64,000 nt of DNA from Alphaproteobacteria bacterium (GTDB lineage Bacteria; Pseudomonadota; Alphaproteobacteria; CALKHQ01), in contig CBDDFZ010000002.1 in the NCBI GenBank assembly GCA_965227515.1, positions 544,001-608,000 of the forward strand, written 5' to 3'. The notes under the pieces are model-generated. The model was not told the origin of the DNA, made no database searches, and saw only the letters and a list, made by a program, of their open reading frames with translations. Below are positions 39,784-49,479 of this stretch, piece after piece. Within the stretch, counting starts at the first letter, position 1, and every line of letters begins with the position of its first letter. The translations under genes were made by a program, and so were the position numbers.

Positions 39784-40752
39784 ATGGCCCACGTCCGCCA
39801 CTTCCTGGAATTCGAGAAGCCGGTTGCCGAGCTTGAGGGCAAGATCGAGGAGTTGCGCCACGTCGCCAGCGACGGCGAGGTCAACATCGAAGAGGAGATC
39901 GGCAAGCTCCAGACCAAGGTGGAGCGCCAGCTCAAGGCGAGCTACGCCAAGCTGACCGCGTGGCAGAAAACACTGGTCGCGCGCCACCCGGAGCGGCCGC
40001 ACTTCGGCGACTATGTCGACCGCCTGATCGACGACTTCACGCCGCTGGCCGGCGACCGCAATTTCGGCGAGGACAGCGCGGTGATCGGCGGGCTAGGTCG
40101 GTTCGAGGGCCGCACGATCATGCTGATCGGCACCGAAAAGGGCAACGACACCGAAAGCCGGGTCAAGCACCGCTTCGGCGCCGGCAATCCGGAGGGGTAC
40201 CGCAAGGCGCGCCGGCTGATGGAGATGGCCGACCGGTTCTCGGTGCCCGTGCTCACGCTGGTCGATACCGCCGGCGCCTATCCCGGCATCGAGGCCGAGC
40301 AGCACGGCCAGGCCCAGGCGATCGCATCGTGCATCGAGACCTGCCTGGCGGTCCGGGTGCCGCTGATCAGCGTGATCATCGGCGAGGGCGGCTCGGGCGG
40401 CGCCATCGCGCTCGCCGTCGGCAACCAGGTGCTGATGCTGGAGCACTCGATCTATTCGGTGATCTCGCCGGAGGGCTGCGCGTCGATCCTGTGGCGCAGC
40501 GGCGACCAGGCGCAGGAGGCGGCGGACAATTTGAAGCTGACCGCGCAGGACCTGCTGGAGCTGAAGGTGATCGACGACATCATCCAGGAACCGCTGGGCG
40601 GCGCCCACCGCGAGCCGGACAGCGCCATCGACGCCGTCGGCAAGGCGATCGGCAAGGCGCTGCTGGAGGTCGAGGATCTGGACGGCGGCATCCTGCGCGC
40701 GCGCCGGCGCGAGAAGTTCCTGGCGCTGGGCCATTCCGCCGCGACGCATTGA
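39784..40752 (+). CDS. accA: Acetyl-CoA carboxylase carboxyltransferase alpha subunit
   Basis: LEFEKP, ARHPERP, PEGYRKA, GEGGSGGA, YSVISPEGCASILW. Confidence 0.97.
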   Translation: MAHVRHFLEFEKPVAELEGKIEELRHVASDGEVNIEEEIGKLQTKVERQLKASYAKLTAWQKTLVARHPERPHFGDYVDRLIDDFTPLAGDRNFGEDSAVIGGLGRFEGRTIMLIGTEKGNDTESRVKHRFGAGNPEGYRKARRLMEMADRFSVPVLTLVDTAGAYPGIEAEQHGQAQAIASCIETCLAVRVPLISVIIGEGGSGGAIALAVGNQVLMLEHSIYSVISPEGCASILWRSGDQAQEAADNLKLTAQDLLELKVIDDIIQEPLGGAHREPDSAIDAVGKAIGKALLEVEDLDGGILRARRREKFLALGHSAATH

Positions 40753-40800
40753 ATCTCAAGGCGTCGTCGTCAGTTCCATTCGCGGCAAATCAACCTTTTT

Positions 40801-40915
40801 CGTCATGCCCGCACTTGTGGAGCCTGTCCTCGGACTTGTTCCGAGGAGGCATCCACGAGATGGCCGCAAAGCGGCCAAAAAGGCGTGGATGGTCGGGACA
40901 AGCCCGACCATGACG
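40801..40915. repeat. REP doublet (CGTCATG family) with extra nested hairpin
   Basis: cctcggacttgttccgagg inserted in the left arm. Confidence 0.88.
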
Positions 40916-41074
40916 TGGTTGTTCTGTCTTATGTGCCTGCGAAGCGATATGGCCGTTACACGCGGAAACGATGTCCAGATCGGGCTGCGAGCGGCCGATT
41001 GCCTGTGGGCATTCTGGCCGCGCGATGCTTTGATGGGCGGGTCATAACAAGACCACGAGATTCAGGGAGGTAGC

Positions 41075-41797
41075 ATGTCCAGACTGGCAGTCGTCACCGG
41101 TGGTACCCGTGGCATCGGCGCCGCCATTTGCACCGGTCTGAAGGATGCCGGCTACAAGGTGGCCGCGTCCTACGCCGGCAACGACGACGCGGCGAACGCG
41201 TTCAAGGAGGAGACCGGCATTCCGGTCTACAAGTTCGACGTGTCGGACTTCGAGGCCTGCACGGCCGCCGTCGCCAAGATCGAGGCCGACAATGGCCCGG
41301 TGGAAATCCTGATCAACAATGCCGGCATCACCCGCGACGGCACGATGCACAAGATGAGCCACGAGATGTGGCAGTCGGTCATCGACACCAACCTGGGCTC
41401 CTGCTTCAACATGAGCCGCGCGGTGATCGAAGGCATGCGCGAGCGCAAGTTCGGCCGCATCGTCAACATCGGCTCGATCAACGGCCAGGCCGGCCAGTAC
41501 GGCCAGGTGAACTATGCCGCCGCCAAGTCGGGCATCCACGGCTTCACCAAGGCGCTGGCGCAAGAGGGTGCGCGCGCCGGCATCACGGTGAACGCCATCG
41601 CGCCGGGCTACATCGACACCGACATGGTGCGCTCGGTGCCGGAAGCGGTGCTGGAGAAGATCGTCGCCCGCATCCCGGTGGGCCGCCTCGGCAAGGCCAG
41701 CGAGATCGCGCGCGCCGTGCAGTTCCTGGTGTCCGACGACGCCGGCTTCATCACCGGCTCGACCATGTCGGTAAACGGCGGCCAGCATATGTATTGA
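41075..41797 (+). CDS. phbB: Acetoacetyl-CoA reductase
   Basis: TGGTRGIG, NNAGITRD, SINGQAGQYGQVNYAAAK, NGGQHM. Confidence 0.93.
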   Translation: MSRLAVVTGGTRGIGAAICTGLKDAGYKVAASYAGNDDAANAFKEETGIPVYKFDVSDFEACTAAVAKIEADNGPVEILINNAGITRDGTMHKMSHEMWQSVIDTNLGSCFNMSRAVIEGMRERKFGRIVNIGSINGQAGQYGQVNYAAAKSGIHGFTKALAQEGARAGITVNAIAPGYIDTDMVRSVPEAVLEKIVARIPVGRLGKASEIARAVQFLVSDDAGFITGSTMSVNGGQHMY

Positions 41798-41817
41798 GGC
41801 GGTTGCCACACTAGTCT

Positions 41818-41937
41818 CGTCGTCCTCGCCCCTGTGGCGAGGACCTATTCGTGGGCAGGGTCTGCCGGCTTGGCTGTTTGGGCACCGACCGAGTCTGCAA
41901 CATCAATGGGCCCTCGGCACGGGGGCCGAGGGCGACG
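41818..41937. repeat. REP-like element, same family as 22163-22340
   Basis: cgtcgtcctcgcccctgtggcgagg ... cctcggcacgggggccgagggcgacg. Confidence 0.8.
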
Positions 41938-41951
41938 GTAACGGGAACCGC

Positions 41952-43001
41952 ATGAACTTCTGCTCTGACAACGCCACCGGTGCCGCGCCGGAGGTGCTGG
42001 CGGCGGTCGGCCGCGCCAATGCCGGCCCGGCCATGCCCTATGGCGACGACCCGCTGACGGCGGACATCTGCGCCCGCATCGCCGAGGTGTTCGAGACCGA
42101 GTGCGCGGTCTTCCTGCTCGCCACCGGCTCGGCCGCCAATGCGCTGGCGCTGTCGCAACTGGTGCCGCCGTTCGGCGCCGTCCTCTGCCACCCGATGAGC
42201 CACGTCAACACCGACGAGTGCGGCGGGCCGGAACTGTTCACCGGCGGCGCCAAGCTGGTCGCCATCGACGGGCCGGACGGCAAGATGGCGCTGGACGACA
42301 TCGCGCCGGTGATACGCCATGCCGAGGCGATGGGGGTGCACAACACACCGCCGCGCGCGCTCAGCCTGACCAACTCCAACGAGTGCGGGCAGGTGCTGAC
42401 GCCGGACGAGACGGCTGCCTATGCCAAGGTCGCCCACGCCCACGGCCTCAAGGTCCACATGGATGGCGCGCGGTTCGCCAATGCGCTGGCGGCGCTGGAC
42501 TGCGCACCCGCCGACGCGACATGGCGGGCCGGTGTCGACGTGCTGTCGTTCGGCGGCACCAAGAACGGCTGTTTCGCGGCCGAGGCGGTGGTGTTCTTCG
42601 ACCCCGCCCTCGCGCGCGAGTTCGGCTATCGCCGCAAGCGCGCCGGCCACCTGTGGTCGAAGCACCGCTTCATCGCAGCCCAGTTCGACGGCTATCTGGC
42701 CGACGGCAACTGGCTGCGCTTTGCCCGCCACGCCAACGCGATGGCCGCGCGGCTGGTCGAGGGCCTGTCCAATATACCCGGCTGTGCATTGGTGCGCCCG
42801 GCGCCGGCCAACGAGATCTTCTTCCACATGGACAAAGCGGTGCGCGACGGGCTGCGCGCCGCCGGCTTCCAGTTCTACGACTGGCCGCACGACGGACCGG
42901 ACGCGGTGCGCCTGGTCACCGCGTTCGACACCGATCCGGACCATGTCGACGCGCTGGTCGGCAAGGCGCGCGACCTCGCCGCCCAAGCCAACGCCGCTTG
43001 A
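41952..43001 (+). CDS. ltaE: Low-specificity L-threonine aldolase
   Basis: FCSDN, DECGGPE, HMDGARFANA, SFGGTKNG. Confidence 0.9.
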   Translation: MNFCSDNATGAAPEVLAAVGRANAGPAMPYGDDPLTADICARIAEVFETECAVFLLATGSAANALALSQLVPPFGAVLCHPMSHVNTDECGGPELFTGGAKLVAIDGPDGKMALDDIAPVIRHAEAMGVHNTPPRALSLTNSNECGQVLTPDETAAYAKVAHAHGLKVHMDGARFANALAALDCAPADATWRAGVDVLSFGGTKNGCFAAEAVVFFDPALAREFGYRRKRAGHLWSKHRFIAAQFDGYLADGNWLRFARHANAMAARLVEGLSNIPGCALVRPAPANEIFFHMDKAVRDGLRAAGFQFYDWPHDGPDAVRLVTAFDTDPDHVDALVGKARDLAAQANAA

Positions 43002-43011
43002 TAACCGACGG

Positions 43012-43704
43012 CTACGAGACCCGCTTGGCCTCGACCGCGAAGGGGCTGAGCCCCAGCCACGTCTGCATGTTGTCCGCCACCTGCCGGTTGCCGGTCAGCT
43101 CAAGCCGGTCCCGCGCCTCGCGCACCGTAGTCAACCCCATCCAGATCGCGGTCATCGTGCGCAGGTCGGTCGACACATAAAGGTCGACGTCGAAGCCGGG
43201 ATCGACACCGCACAGGTCGACCTCGCCCTGTGGCTCCACGACCAGCCACCAATGGCGCTTCGGTGTCGAAAGCTCCGGGTACAGAAATTGTATCACCACC
43301 CGCTGGTCGGGCAGTGGTGTCGGGTCCAGATTGCGGCGCATGTCCCACATCAACAGCGACGGATCCAGGTTCTTCAGCGACGCCTGGGACTCCACCCATT
43401 TCTGCCCCCAGAATCCCATCGCCTCCACCACCGGGCGCAGGTCGCGGCCGGCGTCCGTCAGCACGTACTCGTAGGCGCCACGCTCCGCCGGCAGGGCCCG
43501 TCGCGCCACGATGCCGGAGACTTCCAGCTCCTTCAGCCGTTGCGACAGCAGGCTCGGCGACATCTTCGGCACACCACGGCGCAGGTCGTTGAACCGGGTC
43601 GACCCGGCGATCAGCTCGCGCATCAGCACCATGGTCCATCTCGAGCACAGGATTTCCGCCGCCATGGCGACCGGACAGAACTGCTTGTAGCCGGCGTTCG
43701 ACAT
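43012..43704 (-). CDS. HxlR-family transcriptional regulator with C-terminal SCP2-like domain
   Basis: YKQFCPVAMAAE..RWT, RFNDLRRGVP, LLMWDMRR. Confidence 0.88.
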   Translation of the reverse strand: MSNAGYKQFCPVAMAAEILCSRWTMVLMRELIAGSTRFNDLRRGVPKMSPSLLSQRLKELEVSGIVARRALPAERGAYEYVLTDAGRDLRPVVEAMGFWGQKWVESQASLKNLDPSLLMWDMRRNLDPTPLPDQRVVIQFLYPELSTPKRHWWLVVEPQGEVDLCGVDPGFDVDLYVSTDLRTMTAIWMGLTTVREARDRLELTGNRQVADNMQTWLGLSPFAVEAKRVS

Positions 43705-43769
43705 GCTTCCCCCCATCGCTGCAACACGTAACGGTCACGAGGATAGGAACCGCCGGCGCATCGGCCTAG

Positions 43770-43806
43770 TACAGAAACTGTATCGCCCCGGTACAGATGC
43801 CGGACT
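43770..43806. promoter_or_regulatory. Putative operator pair between the divergent HxlR and DUF4242 genes
   Basis: TACAG-aaa-CTGTA palindrome followed by the degenerate copy GTACAG-atg-CCGGAC. Confidence 0.45.
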
Positions 43807-43895
43807 GGAGGTCCGAACGGCGGTTGCGCGAGCCTGTAGGACCGCGGCGTGCAACGACTCCACACGACCCGCCGCGCGACAACCAGGAGGCAGAC

Positions 43896-44180
43896 ATGGC
43901 ACTGAATCGCTACATCATCGAACGCGAAATTCCCGCGGTCGGATCTCTGGAGCGCGCGCAACTGGCCGGCGCGGCGGCGAAGTCCAACCAGGCGCTCTCG
44001 CAGCTTGGGCCGGATATCCAGTGGGTCGAGAGCTTCGTGGCCGGCGACAAGACGTTCTGCGTCTATCTGGCCAGCGGCGAGGACATCATCGCCAAGCACG
44101 CCGAGATCAGCGGCTTCCCGGCGTCGAAGGTCACCCTGGTGCGCAAGATGATCGACCCGACAACGGAACAGGCGGCCTGA
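43896..44180 (+). CDS. DUF4242-family protein
   Basis: AGGAGG RBS; YIIEREIP, IQWVESFV..KTFCVY, HAEISGFPA. Confidence 0.85.
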   Translation: MALNRYIIEREIPAVGSLERAQLAGAAAKSNQALSQLGPDIQWVESFVAGDKTFCVYLASGEDIIAKHAEISGFPASKVTLVRKMIDPTTEQAA

Positions 44181-44220
44181 CCGGCGGAGCGGCAGCGGGG
44201 TGGGGCCGCCTGATGGCGGT

Positions 44221-44430
44221 CTACTCCGCCGCCCGCTTCGGCTTGCCCAGGACCGAGACCGGTGTCGCGCCCACATACCAGTCCTCGGCCTCGACGTCCT
44301 CGAACACCACCCACACCGCCTCGTCCGGCAGGTCGGCGACCTCTGCGATGGCGGCGGTAACGCGCCGGGCCATCTCGTCCTTGCGAGATTGCGGGTGCCC
44401 CTTGAGGATGCGGATGTTCACGAACGGCAT
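44221..44430 (-). CDS. 4-oxalocrotonate tautomerase family protein
   Basis: Catalytic Pro after Met (MPFVNI), 69 aa, WYVG; GGGAGG RBS. Confidence 0.9.
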   Translation of the reverse strand: MPFVNIRILKGHPQSRKDEMARRVTAAIAEVADLPDEAVWVVFEDVEAEDWYVGATPVSVLGKPKRAAE

Positions 44431-44538
44431 GCGGTTCCCTCCCGATTTTGGCCGTATCCTGCGCCCGCCCGCACGGTCTTGTCCATTGCCGTGCGGGCGG
44501 CGGAAGAGAAGCCGTCAGCGGCGAGAGGCGGCCGTCGG

Positions 44539-44880
44539 CTACTGAACGACCTGCAGTTCCAGCAGTATCGGGTTCGGGTTGGACTGACGGGGCGGCGGCG
44601 CCATGGTGTCCGCACCATCGAACACGGGCCGGCCCGCACCGCCGGGACGCACGTTGTTGGCCGGATCGAAGGTGCAGTCCGACCAGTCCGCGGCGCAGAT
44701 GACGCAGCCGTCCTCGGTGCAACAGGCCTGGATCGCGCTGCCGGGCGGCTGCGGAATGATCTCGCCGTCGAGCATGCAAATTTCGAGCGGGTCCGCCCCC
44801 TGTTGCGGCGCGGCCTGGGCCGGCAGCAGCGGGATCGAGGCGAAGGCAACCACGGCGGCGAGGGTGAGGAGTTTCGGCAT
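44539..44880 (-). CDS. Small exported Cys-rich protein
   Basis: AGGAG RBS, signal peptide ending AQA, six Cys (C..CCTEDGCVIC..C), Pro-rich tail. Confidence 0.75.
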   Translation of the reverse strand: MPKLLTLAAVVAFASIPLLPAQAAPQQGADPLEICMLDGEIIPQPPGSAIQACCTEDGCVICAADWSDCTFDPANNVRPGGAGRPVFDGADTMAPPPRQSNPNPILLELQVVQ

Positions 44881-45032
44881 CTGCGGCTCCTGTGTCCGTG
44901 TATGGCTGGGGGCCGGCCGCGTGATATCGCAATCCGGCAGAAGCGCAGGTGGTGGGCAAAGATGACGAAGGTTTGCAGGTGGTGTGATGGCGCGCACAGG
45001 GGAGGCAGACGGGCGCGCAGGCGCAGCAAGGT

Positions 45033-45845
45033 TCAGCGCGGGCCGACAGCGATCTCCTCATGGACGCCGATGGCGTCGGCGAGCACGTCCCGGTCGACGT
45101 CCCGCGGATTCCATTCGGCCGCCACCCGGCCATTGCGCAGCAGCACGATCCGGTCGGCGAGTTGCAGCACCTCCTCGACATCGTGGCTGACGAACAGCAC
45201 CGCGCCGCCGCGGTCGCAGAAATGCCGGGCCAGCCGCAACACGGTCTCGGTTTGGGCGACGCCCAGAGACGCGGTGGGCTCGTCCAGCAGCAGCACCCGC
45301 GCATCGGCCCGCAGGGCGCGCGCGACGGCAATCGCCTGGCGCTGACCGCCGGAGAGGTTGCGCACCCGGGTTCCCCGGACCGGCACGTCGATGCCGAAAT
45401 CGCGAAAGATGCGCGTCGCCTCGCGCCGCATGGCCCGGTGATCGACGATGCTGAGCAACGGACCCAGCACGGCACGCCGCGGCTCGTCGCCCAGGAACAG
45501 GTTGGCGGTGGCGTCCAGATTGCCGCACAGCGCCAGATCCTGATACGCGGTCGCAATGCCGGCGGCCATGGCGTCACGCGGCCGGGCGAAATGTGCCGGC
45601 GCACCGTCGACCAGAATTTCTCCCGCGTCCGGCTCCAGGGCGCCTGATAACAGCTTGATCAGGGTCGTCTTGCCGGCGCCGTTGTCGCCGATCAGAGCAA
45701 CCGCCTCGCCGGCATGTAGATCGAGGTCGATGCCCGCAATCGCCGGGCGGCCGCCAAAGCCCTTCCATGCATCGCGCAGGGCCAGGACGGTCGGCGGCCC
45801 ATCAATACGTGGCTGGGGCTCTGGATCGTTGCTTTCGGGCTGCAC
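45033..45845 (-). CDS. Monosaccharide-type ABC ATP-binding protein (orphan)
   Basis: GDNGAGKT, YQDLAL, LSGGQRQ, LLDEPT, SH; start uncertain. Confidence 0.85.
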   Translation of the reverse strand: MQPESNDPEPQPRIDGPPTVLALRDAWKGFGGRPAIAGIDLDLHAGEAVALIGDNGAGKTTLIKLLSGALEPDAGEILVDGAPAHFARPRDAMAAGIATAYQDLALCGNLDATANLFLGDEPRRAVLGPLLSIVDHRAMRREATRIFRDFGIDVPVRGTRVRNLSGGQRQAIAVARALRADARVLLLDEPTASLGVAQTETVLRLARHFCDRGGAVLFVSHDVEEVLQLADRIVLLRNGRVAAEWNPRDVDRDVLADAIGVHEEIAVGPR

Positions 45846-45926
45846 GGTTCGGTTGTCGTCGGTCGGATGCCAGGGGCCACCACCTTGGTGTTTTCGGCAG
45901 CCCCGTGGCAAGCGTGGATGATCTCC

Positions 45927-46427
45927 TTATTCAGCAACCGCCGTGCGCAGGTCGGCGATGTGGCCGTCCCAACCGGCGTCCAGCGCGCTCAACAGGCCGA
46001 ATGCCTCGCCGGACGGCAGGCCCTCGTGGGTCAGCGTCAGGCGGGTGCCGCCTGCAACCTCGTCGAGTTGGTAGGTCACAGTGGTCATCCGGCCGGCCAG
46101 CGGCTTTACGGTGAAGGTGGTGACCAGGCGGCGCGGCGGGTCCGCCTCGATGACGTTGCCCCAGCACAGCGGCTCGGCCTTGCCGTCGTTGCCGGTGGCG
46201 AGCAGGGCGTAGTCGCGGCCCTGCGCGAGGTCGGCATCGGCGCGGTGGAACCAGCGCGCCAGCTTGTCGGCCTGGGTGAGATACGCCCACACCACCTCGC
46301 GCGGCGCGGGGAAGACGGCGGTCTTGGTCAGAACCACGTTGTCGGGGTCGTCGGTTTGCTGGGGCACACGGTTGGCTGCGATGGCGGACATAACGGTTGT
46401 CTCCAGTGGGTTTGCGGTGTCGGTCAT
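45927..46427 (-). CDS. SRPBCC (AHSA1/START-like) domain protein
   Basis: VWAYLT..LARW, PPRRL, TRLTLTH, GW. Confidence 0.88.
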   Translation of the reverse strand: MTDTANPLETTVMSAIAANRVPQQTDDPDNVVLTKTAVFPAPREVVWAYLTQADKLARWFHRADADLAQGRDYALLATGNDGKAEPLCWGNVIEADPPRRLVTTFTVKPLAGRMTTVTYQLDEVAGGTRLTLTHEGLPSGEAFGLLSALDAGWDGHIADLRTAVAE

Positions 46428-46750
46428 TTCCGGTCTTCGGCGATGGCGCGGCCCAGGTCGGCGAGGCGCCGATCCCAGAACCGGTCGAAGTAGGCGAGCC
46501 AGTCGGCGGCCTGGCGCAGACCGTCCGGCTCCAGCCGGTTGAGCCGCTCGCGCCCGGCGGTGCGCACGCTGATCAGCGCGCCTTCCTCCAGGACCGTCAG
46601 GTGCTTCTTGATCGCCGCCCGGGTCATCGGGAAGCGCTCGGCAATGGCGCCGATGGTCATCTCGCCATCGGCGAGCTGCATCAGGATCGCGCGGCGGGTG
46701 GGGTCGGCCAGCGCACGGAACGCATCCTGGATGTCGCTGTTCGCCTGCAT
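46424..46750 (-). CDS. ArsR/SmtB-family transcriptional regulator
   Basis: FRALADPTRRAIL, KHLTVLEEG, FWDRRL. Confidence 0.9.
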   Translation of the reverse strand: MQANSDIQDAFRALADPTRRAILMQLADGEMTIGAIAERFPMTRAAIKKHLTVLEEGALISVRTAGRERLNRLEPDGLRQAADWLAYFDRFWDRRLADLGRAIAEDRK

Positions 46751-46769
46751 GGTCACGGCGATCTCCCTA

Positions 46770-46822
46770 ACATGAAACCAAACGGTATCGCGTTTATATG
46801 ATACCATGCGGTTTCATGTCAA
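46770..46822 (-). promoter_or_regulatory. Sigma70-type promoter overlapped by a palindromic operator (probable ArsR autoregulation)
   Basis: Minus strand TTGACA-N18-TATAAA; two GA(A/T)ACC-N4-GGT(A/T)TC boxes inside the ACATGAAACC..GGTTTCATGT inverted repeat. Confidence 0.75.
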
Positions 46823-46852
46823 GGGCCTCGACTGATGTGGGCCTGTCTGCGC

Positions 46853-47671
46853 CTAGCCGCCCTCGCAGTCCTCCGGCACGGTGCTGCCCATGCCGGCGGC
46901 CTCCACCTGCTTGCAGCGGCGGAAGAACACGTCGTGCAATGGCCGCGCCCGCCGCTTCGCGGGGTCGACGCCACGCACCGCCTGCATCCGTTTCGCCAGC
47001 GTGTCGACGTCGGGCAGCGGCGTCTTGGCGGCGCCGACCGCGTCGGCGGCCTGGCCGAGGCCGCTGCACTGCCGGCACATACCGTTCTTGTTGACCAGCG
47101 CGCACAGCCCCTCGTAGCGCCCTTCCATGCTCGTCCGTGCGGCGGCCAGCCGATGGCGCAGCACCGACTCCGAGATGCCGAGCACGTCCGCCGCCTCGCG
47201 GTTGGAGAAGTCCATCACGTCGCGCAGCACCAGGGTGGCCTGCTCGTCCGGCGGCAGCGAGCGGCCGATGCACACGAAGCAGTAGGCGACGTGCTCCTTG
47301 GCATCGAACACGAACTCCGGCTCCATCATGCTGGCGATCACCTCGCCCTGCCATTCCTCGCTGGTGGCGCAGAGGTTGGCGTAGGCGATCTGGCTTTCGC
47401 GCCGCCAGCGTTTCTGCGCGCGCAGATGGTCGATGGCGGTACGTCCGGCAATCGCGATCAGCCAGGTGGAGAACGCGGACCGGCCGTCGAAGCCGGCGAT
47501 GCCGCTCCACGCCTTGGCGAGTGCCGCCTGGGCCAGGTCCTCGCAGTCCTCCGGGTGGCCGATCATGCGCCACAGGAAGCCCTTCAGCTTCGGCATCGCG
47601 GTGGCGACGGCGGCGTCGAACGCCGCCCGGTCGCCGGATTGCAGCCTCTCGGTGAGGGTTGCGGTCGCCAT
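46853..47671 (-). CDS. ECF RNA polymerase sigma factor with Cys-rich C-terminal extension
   Basis: EDLAQ, FDGRSAFSTWL..IA (region 2); LP..Q..LVLRDV..FS..EAA..LG (region 4); tail CALVNKNGMCRQC. Confidence 0.88.
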   Translation of the reverse strand: MATATLTERLQSGDRAAFDAAVATAMPKLKGFLWRMIGHPEDCEDLAQAALAKAWSGIAGFDGRSAFSTWLIAIAGRTAIDHLRAQKRWRRESQIAYANLCATSEEWQGEVIASMMEPEFVFDAKEHVAYCFVCIGRSLPPDEQATLVLRDVMDFSNREAADVLGISESVLRHRLAAARTSMEGRYEGLCALVNKNGMCRQCSGLGQAADAVGAAKTPLPDVDTLAKRMQAVRGVDPAKRRARPLHDVFFRRCKQVEAAGMGSTVPEDCEGG

Positions 47672-47674
47672 GGC

Positions 47675-48259
47675 TCAGCCCGCCGCGGTCTGGGCGAAGC
47701 TTGGCCTTGCCTGGCTGCGCGCGAACCAGGCCCGCAGGCGCGGGCGGGCGTCGACCACATGGCCGTCGCCGCACTGCGCGATGTGATAGTCCAGCATCGG
47801 CGCGAACATCAGGTCGCCCAGGCCGACGTTGGCGCCGCCGAGCCAGTCGTGCCCGTTCAAGCGTGCCTCCAGCCAGTCGAACACCTTGGCCGCCCCGGCC
47901 ATGTTGTCGGGGTCGGGGGTGTCGCCTTCGCCCTTGGTGTGCACCACGGGGCGGTAGGCATAGTCGACCGCGACCGAGGCATCGGTCAATGCGGCCGCGC
48001 GTGCGGCGCCGTCGGCCGGCATGAGCGCCGGCCCGCCAAACGCTTTGTCCAGGTAGTCGACGATGGCCAGCGTCTCATAGACCGTGGTCTCGCCATGGGT
48101 CATTACCGGCATCTTGCCGAACGGATGCAGCGCGAAGTGGTCCGGCGTGCCATAGGCCAGTGGCCGCAGTTCGTGATCGACACCCTTCTCGATCGCCGCC
48201 ATGCGGGCGGTGCGGGTGTAGGTGGACGGCGCGAAACCGTGGATTGTGACAGTCGACAT
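47675..48259 (-). CDS. Glutathione S-transferase family protein
   Basis: STYTRT, HPFGKMPV, YETLAI, GDL..P, RPSF. Confidence 0.88.
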   Translation of the reverse strand: MSTVTIHGFAPSTYTRTARMAAIEKGVDHELRPLAYGTPDHFALHPFGKMPVMTHGETTVYETLAIVDYLDKAFGGPALMPADGAARAAALTDASVAVDYAYRPVVHTKGEGDTPDPDNMAGAAKVFDWLEARLNGHDWLGGANVGLGDLMFAPMLDYHIAQCGDGHVVDARPRLRAWFARSQARPSFAQTAAG

Positions 48260-48359
48260 GGTGCTCACTCCTCTTGGTTGATGAAGAGTGAGACGTTCGG
48301 GCCGCCAAAACCCGCCAACCCTTTGAGTTTACGCGATTATTGGCATGCCCCGGTTTGGC

Positions 48360-48725
48360 TCAGGTGTAACCGTCCATAATGTCGTGGCAGGGGTTGGCGG
48401 CGTCGTAGTCGTACTCGTACGCCCAATCGACGATGTCGCCGAACGGATCGACCTCGAGCGTGATGGCGCAGTACCACTGCTCCTGCCAGGCCTCGTTCCA
48501 GTAGCTGTATTCCCAGGTCAGGTCCTTGGCACCGTCGGCATAGTCGTAGACCTCGTCGGGTCGGCCCCAACGGTCGATGATGGTGCGCTCGCTTTGCCCC
48601 AGCACCTGGTCCAGCCGCTCCGCCGCCGTCGGCCCTTGCTGCCCGCCGAGCGAAGAAACGCAAGCGGTCGTTGTCAGGGTCAGAGAAACGGCCAGAGCCA
48701 ACTTGTTGAGATGTTTCAGGGCCAT
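48360..48725 (-). CDS. Hypothetical lipoprotein
   Basis: AAGGA RBS, lipobox-like TTAC, WGRPD motif. Confidence 0.72.
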   Translation of the reverse strand: MALKHLNKLALAVSLTLTTTACVSSLGGQQGPTAAERLDQVLGQSERTIIDRWGRPDEVYDYADGAKDLTWEYSYWNEAWQEQWYCAITLEVDPFGDIVDWAYEYDYDAANPCHDIMDGYT

Positions 48726-48887
48726 GAACCGTTTCCTTTCATCGTGCTATGCGAAGTCGCCAACTAGGCACATCGTTGCATCGGCGCGTCAAGCCCGCGT
48801 GCCGGGCCTTGTCACGCAGGGTGGGCCATGGCCTGATGGACCCCTGGTTGCGAGCATGTCCCGGCGCCCAACAAAGAGTGGCTGACC

Positions 48888-49337
48888 ATGACCGACGAAC
48901 CTCAAGGATGGCGTCCGCCGCCCATCGTGCGGCCGCTTGCGATCGGCCTGGTCGAGCACAACGACACGATGCTGCTGATGCGTGTCGACGACAGTGCCGG
49001 CCAGTTGAAGGGCTGGCGCCCGCTCGGCGGCGGCATCGAGTTCGGCGAGACCGCGGAACAGGCGGTCAGGCGTGAGTTCCAGGAGGAAATCGGCCAGGAC
49101 CTGTCGGACCTGACCCGTATCGCGGTAATGGAAAACCTGTACGAGTTCAACGGCGCGCCGGGGCACGAGATCGTCTTCGTGTTTCGCTGCACGTTCGCCG
49201 ACGCCAACGCCAACGGCCGCGCGTTCAGCCACATCGAAGACGGTCAGGTCGTTGCCGCGCTGGATTGGGTGCCGCGTGCGCGCCTGGGGCCGTCGGAGCC
49301 GCTGTTCCCGGACGGCCTGTTGGATCACCTGCCGTAA
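48888..49337 (+). CDS. NUDIX hydrolase
   Basis: GGGIEFGETAEQAVRREFQEE Nudix box. Confidence 0.9.
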   Translation: MTDEPQGWRPPPIVRPLAIGLVEHNDTMLLMRVDDSAGQLKGWRPLGGGIEFGETAEQAVRREFQEEIGQDLSDLTRIAVMENLYEFNGAPGHEIVFVFRCTFADANANGRAFSHIEDGQVVAALDWVPRARLGPSEPLFPDGLLDHLP

Positions 49338-49479
49338 CGTCTTTACACGAAACCCTCACGCATCCGTGTCGTCGCCGGGGCCCGTCCCCGGTCGCGCATC
49401 CCCCCTGTAAGCGTTAACATTTTCCGCTGAAGGCAGAGGACGATACTGAAAAAGCCGCGAACCGACGGAGGGTCCCCCG

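Noticed and set aside
45033-45845. Missing ATPase for the 12.6-16 kb ABC operon
   Set aside because: It is a monosaccharide (CUT2-like) ATPase without the MalK-type C-terminal domain, whereas the permeases are MalF/G-type.
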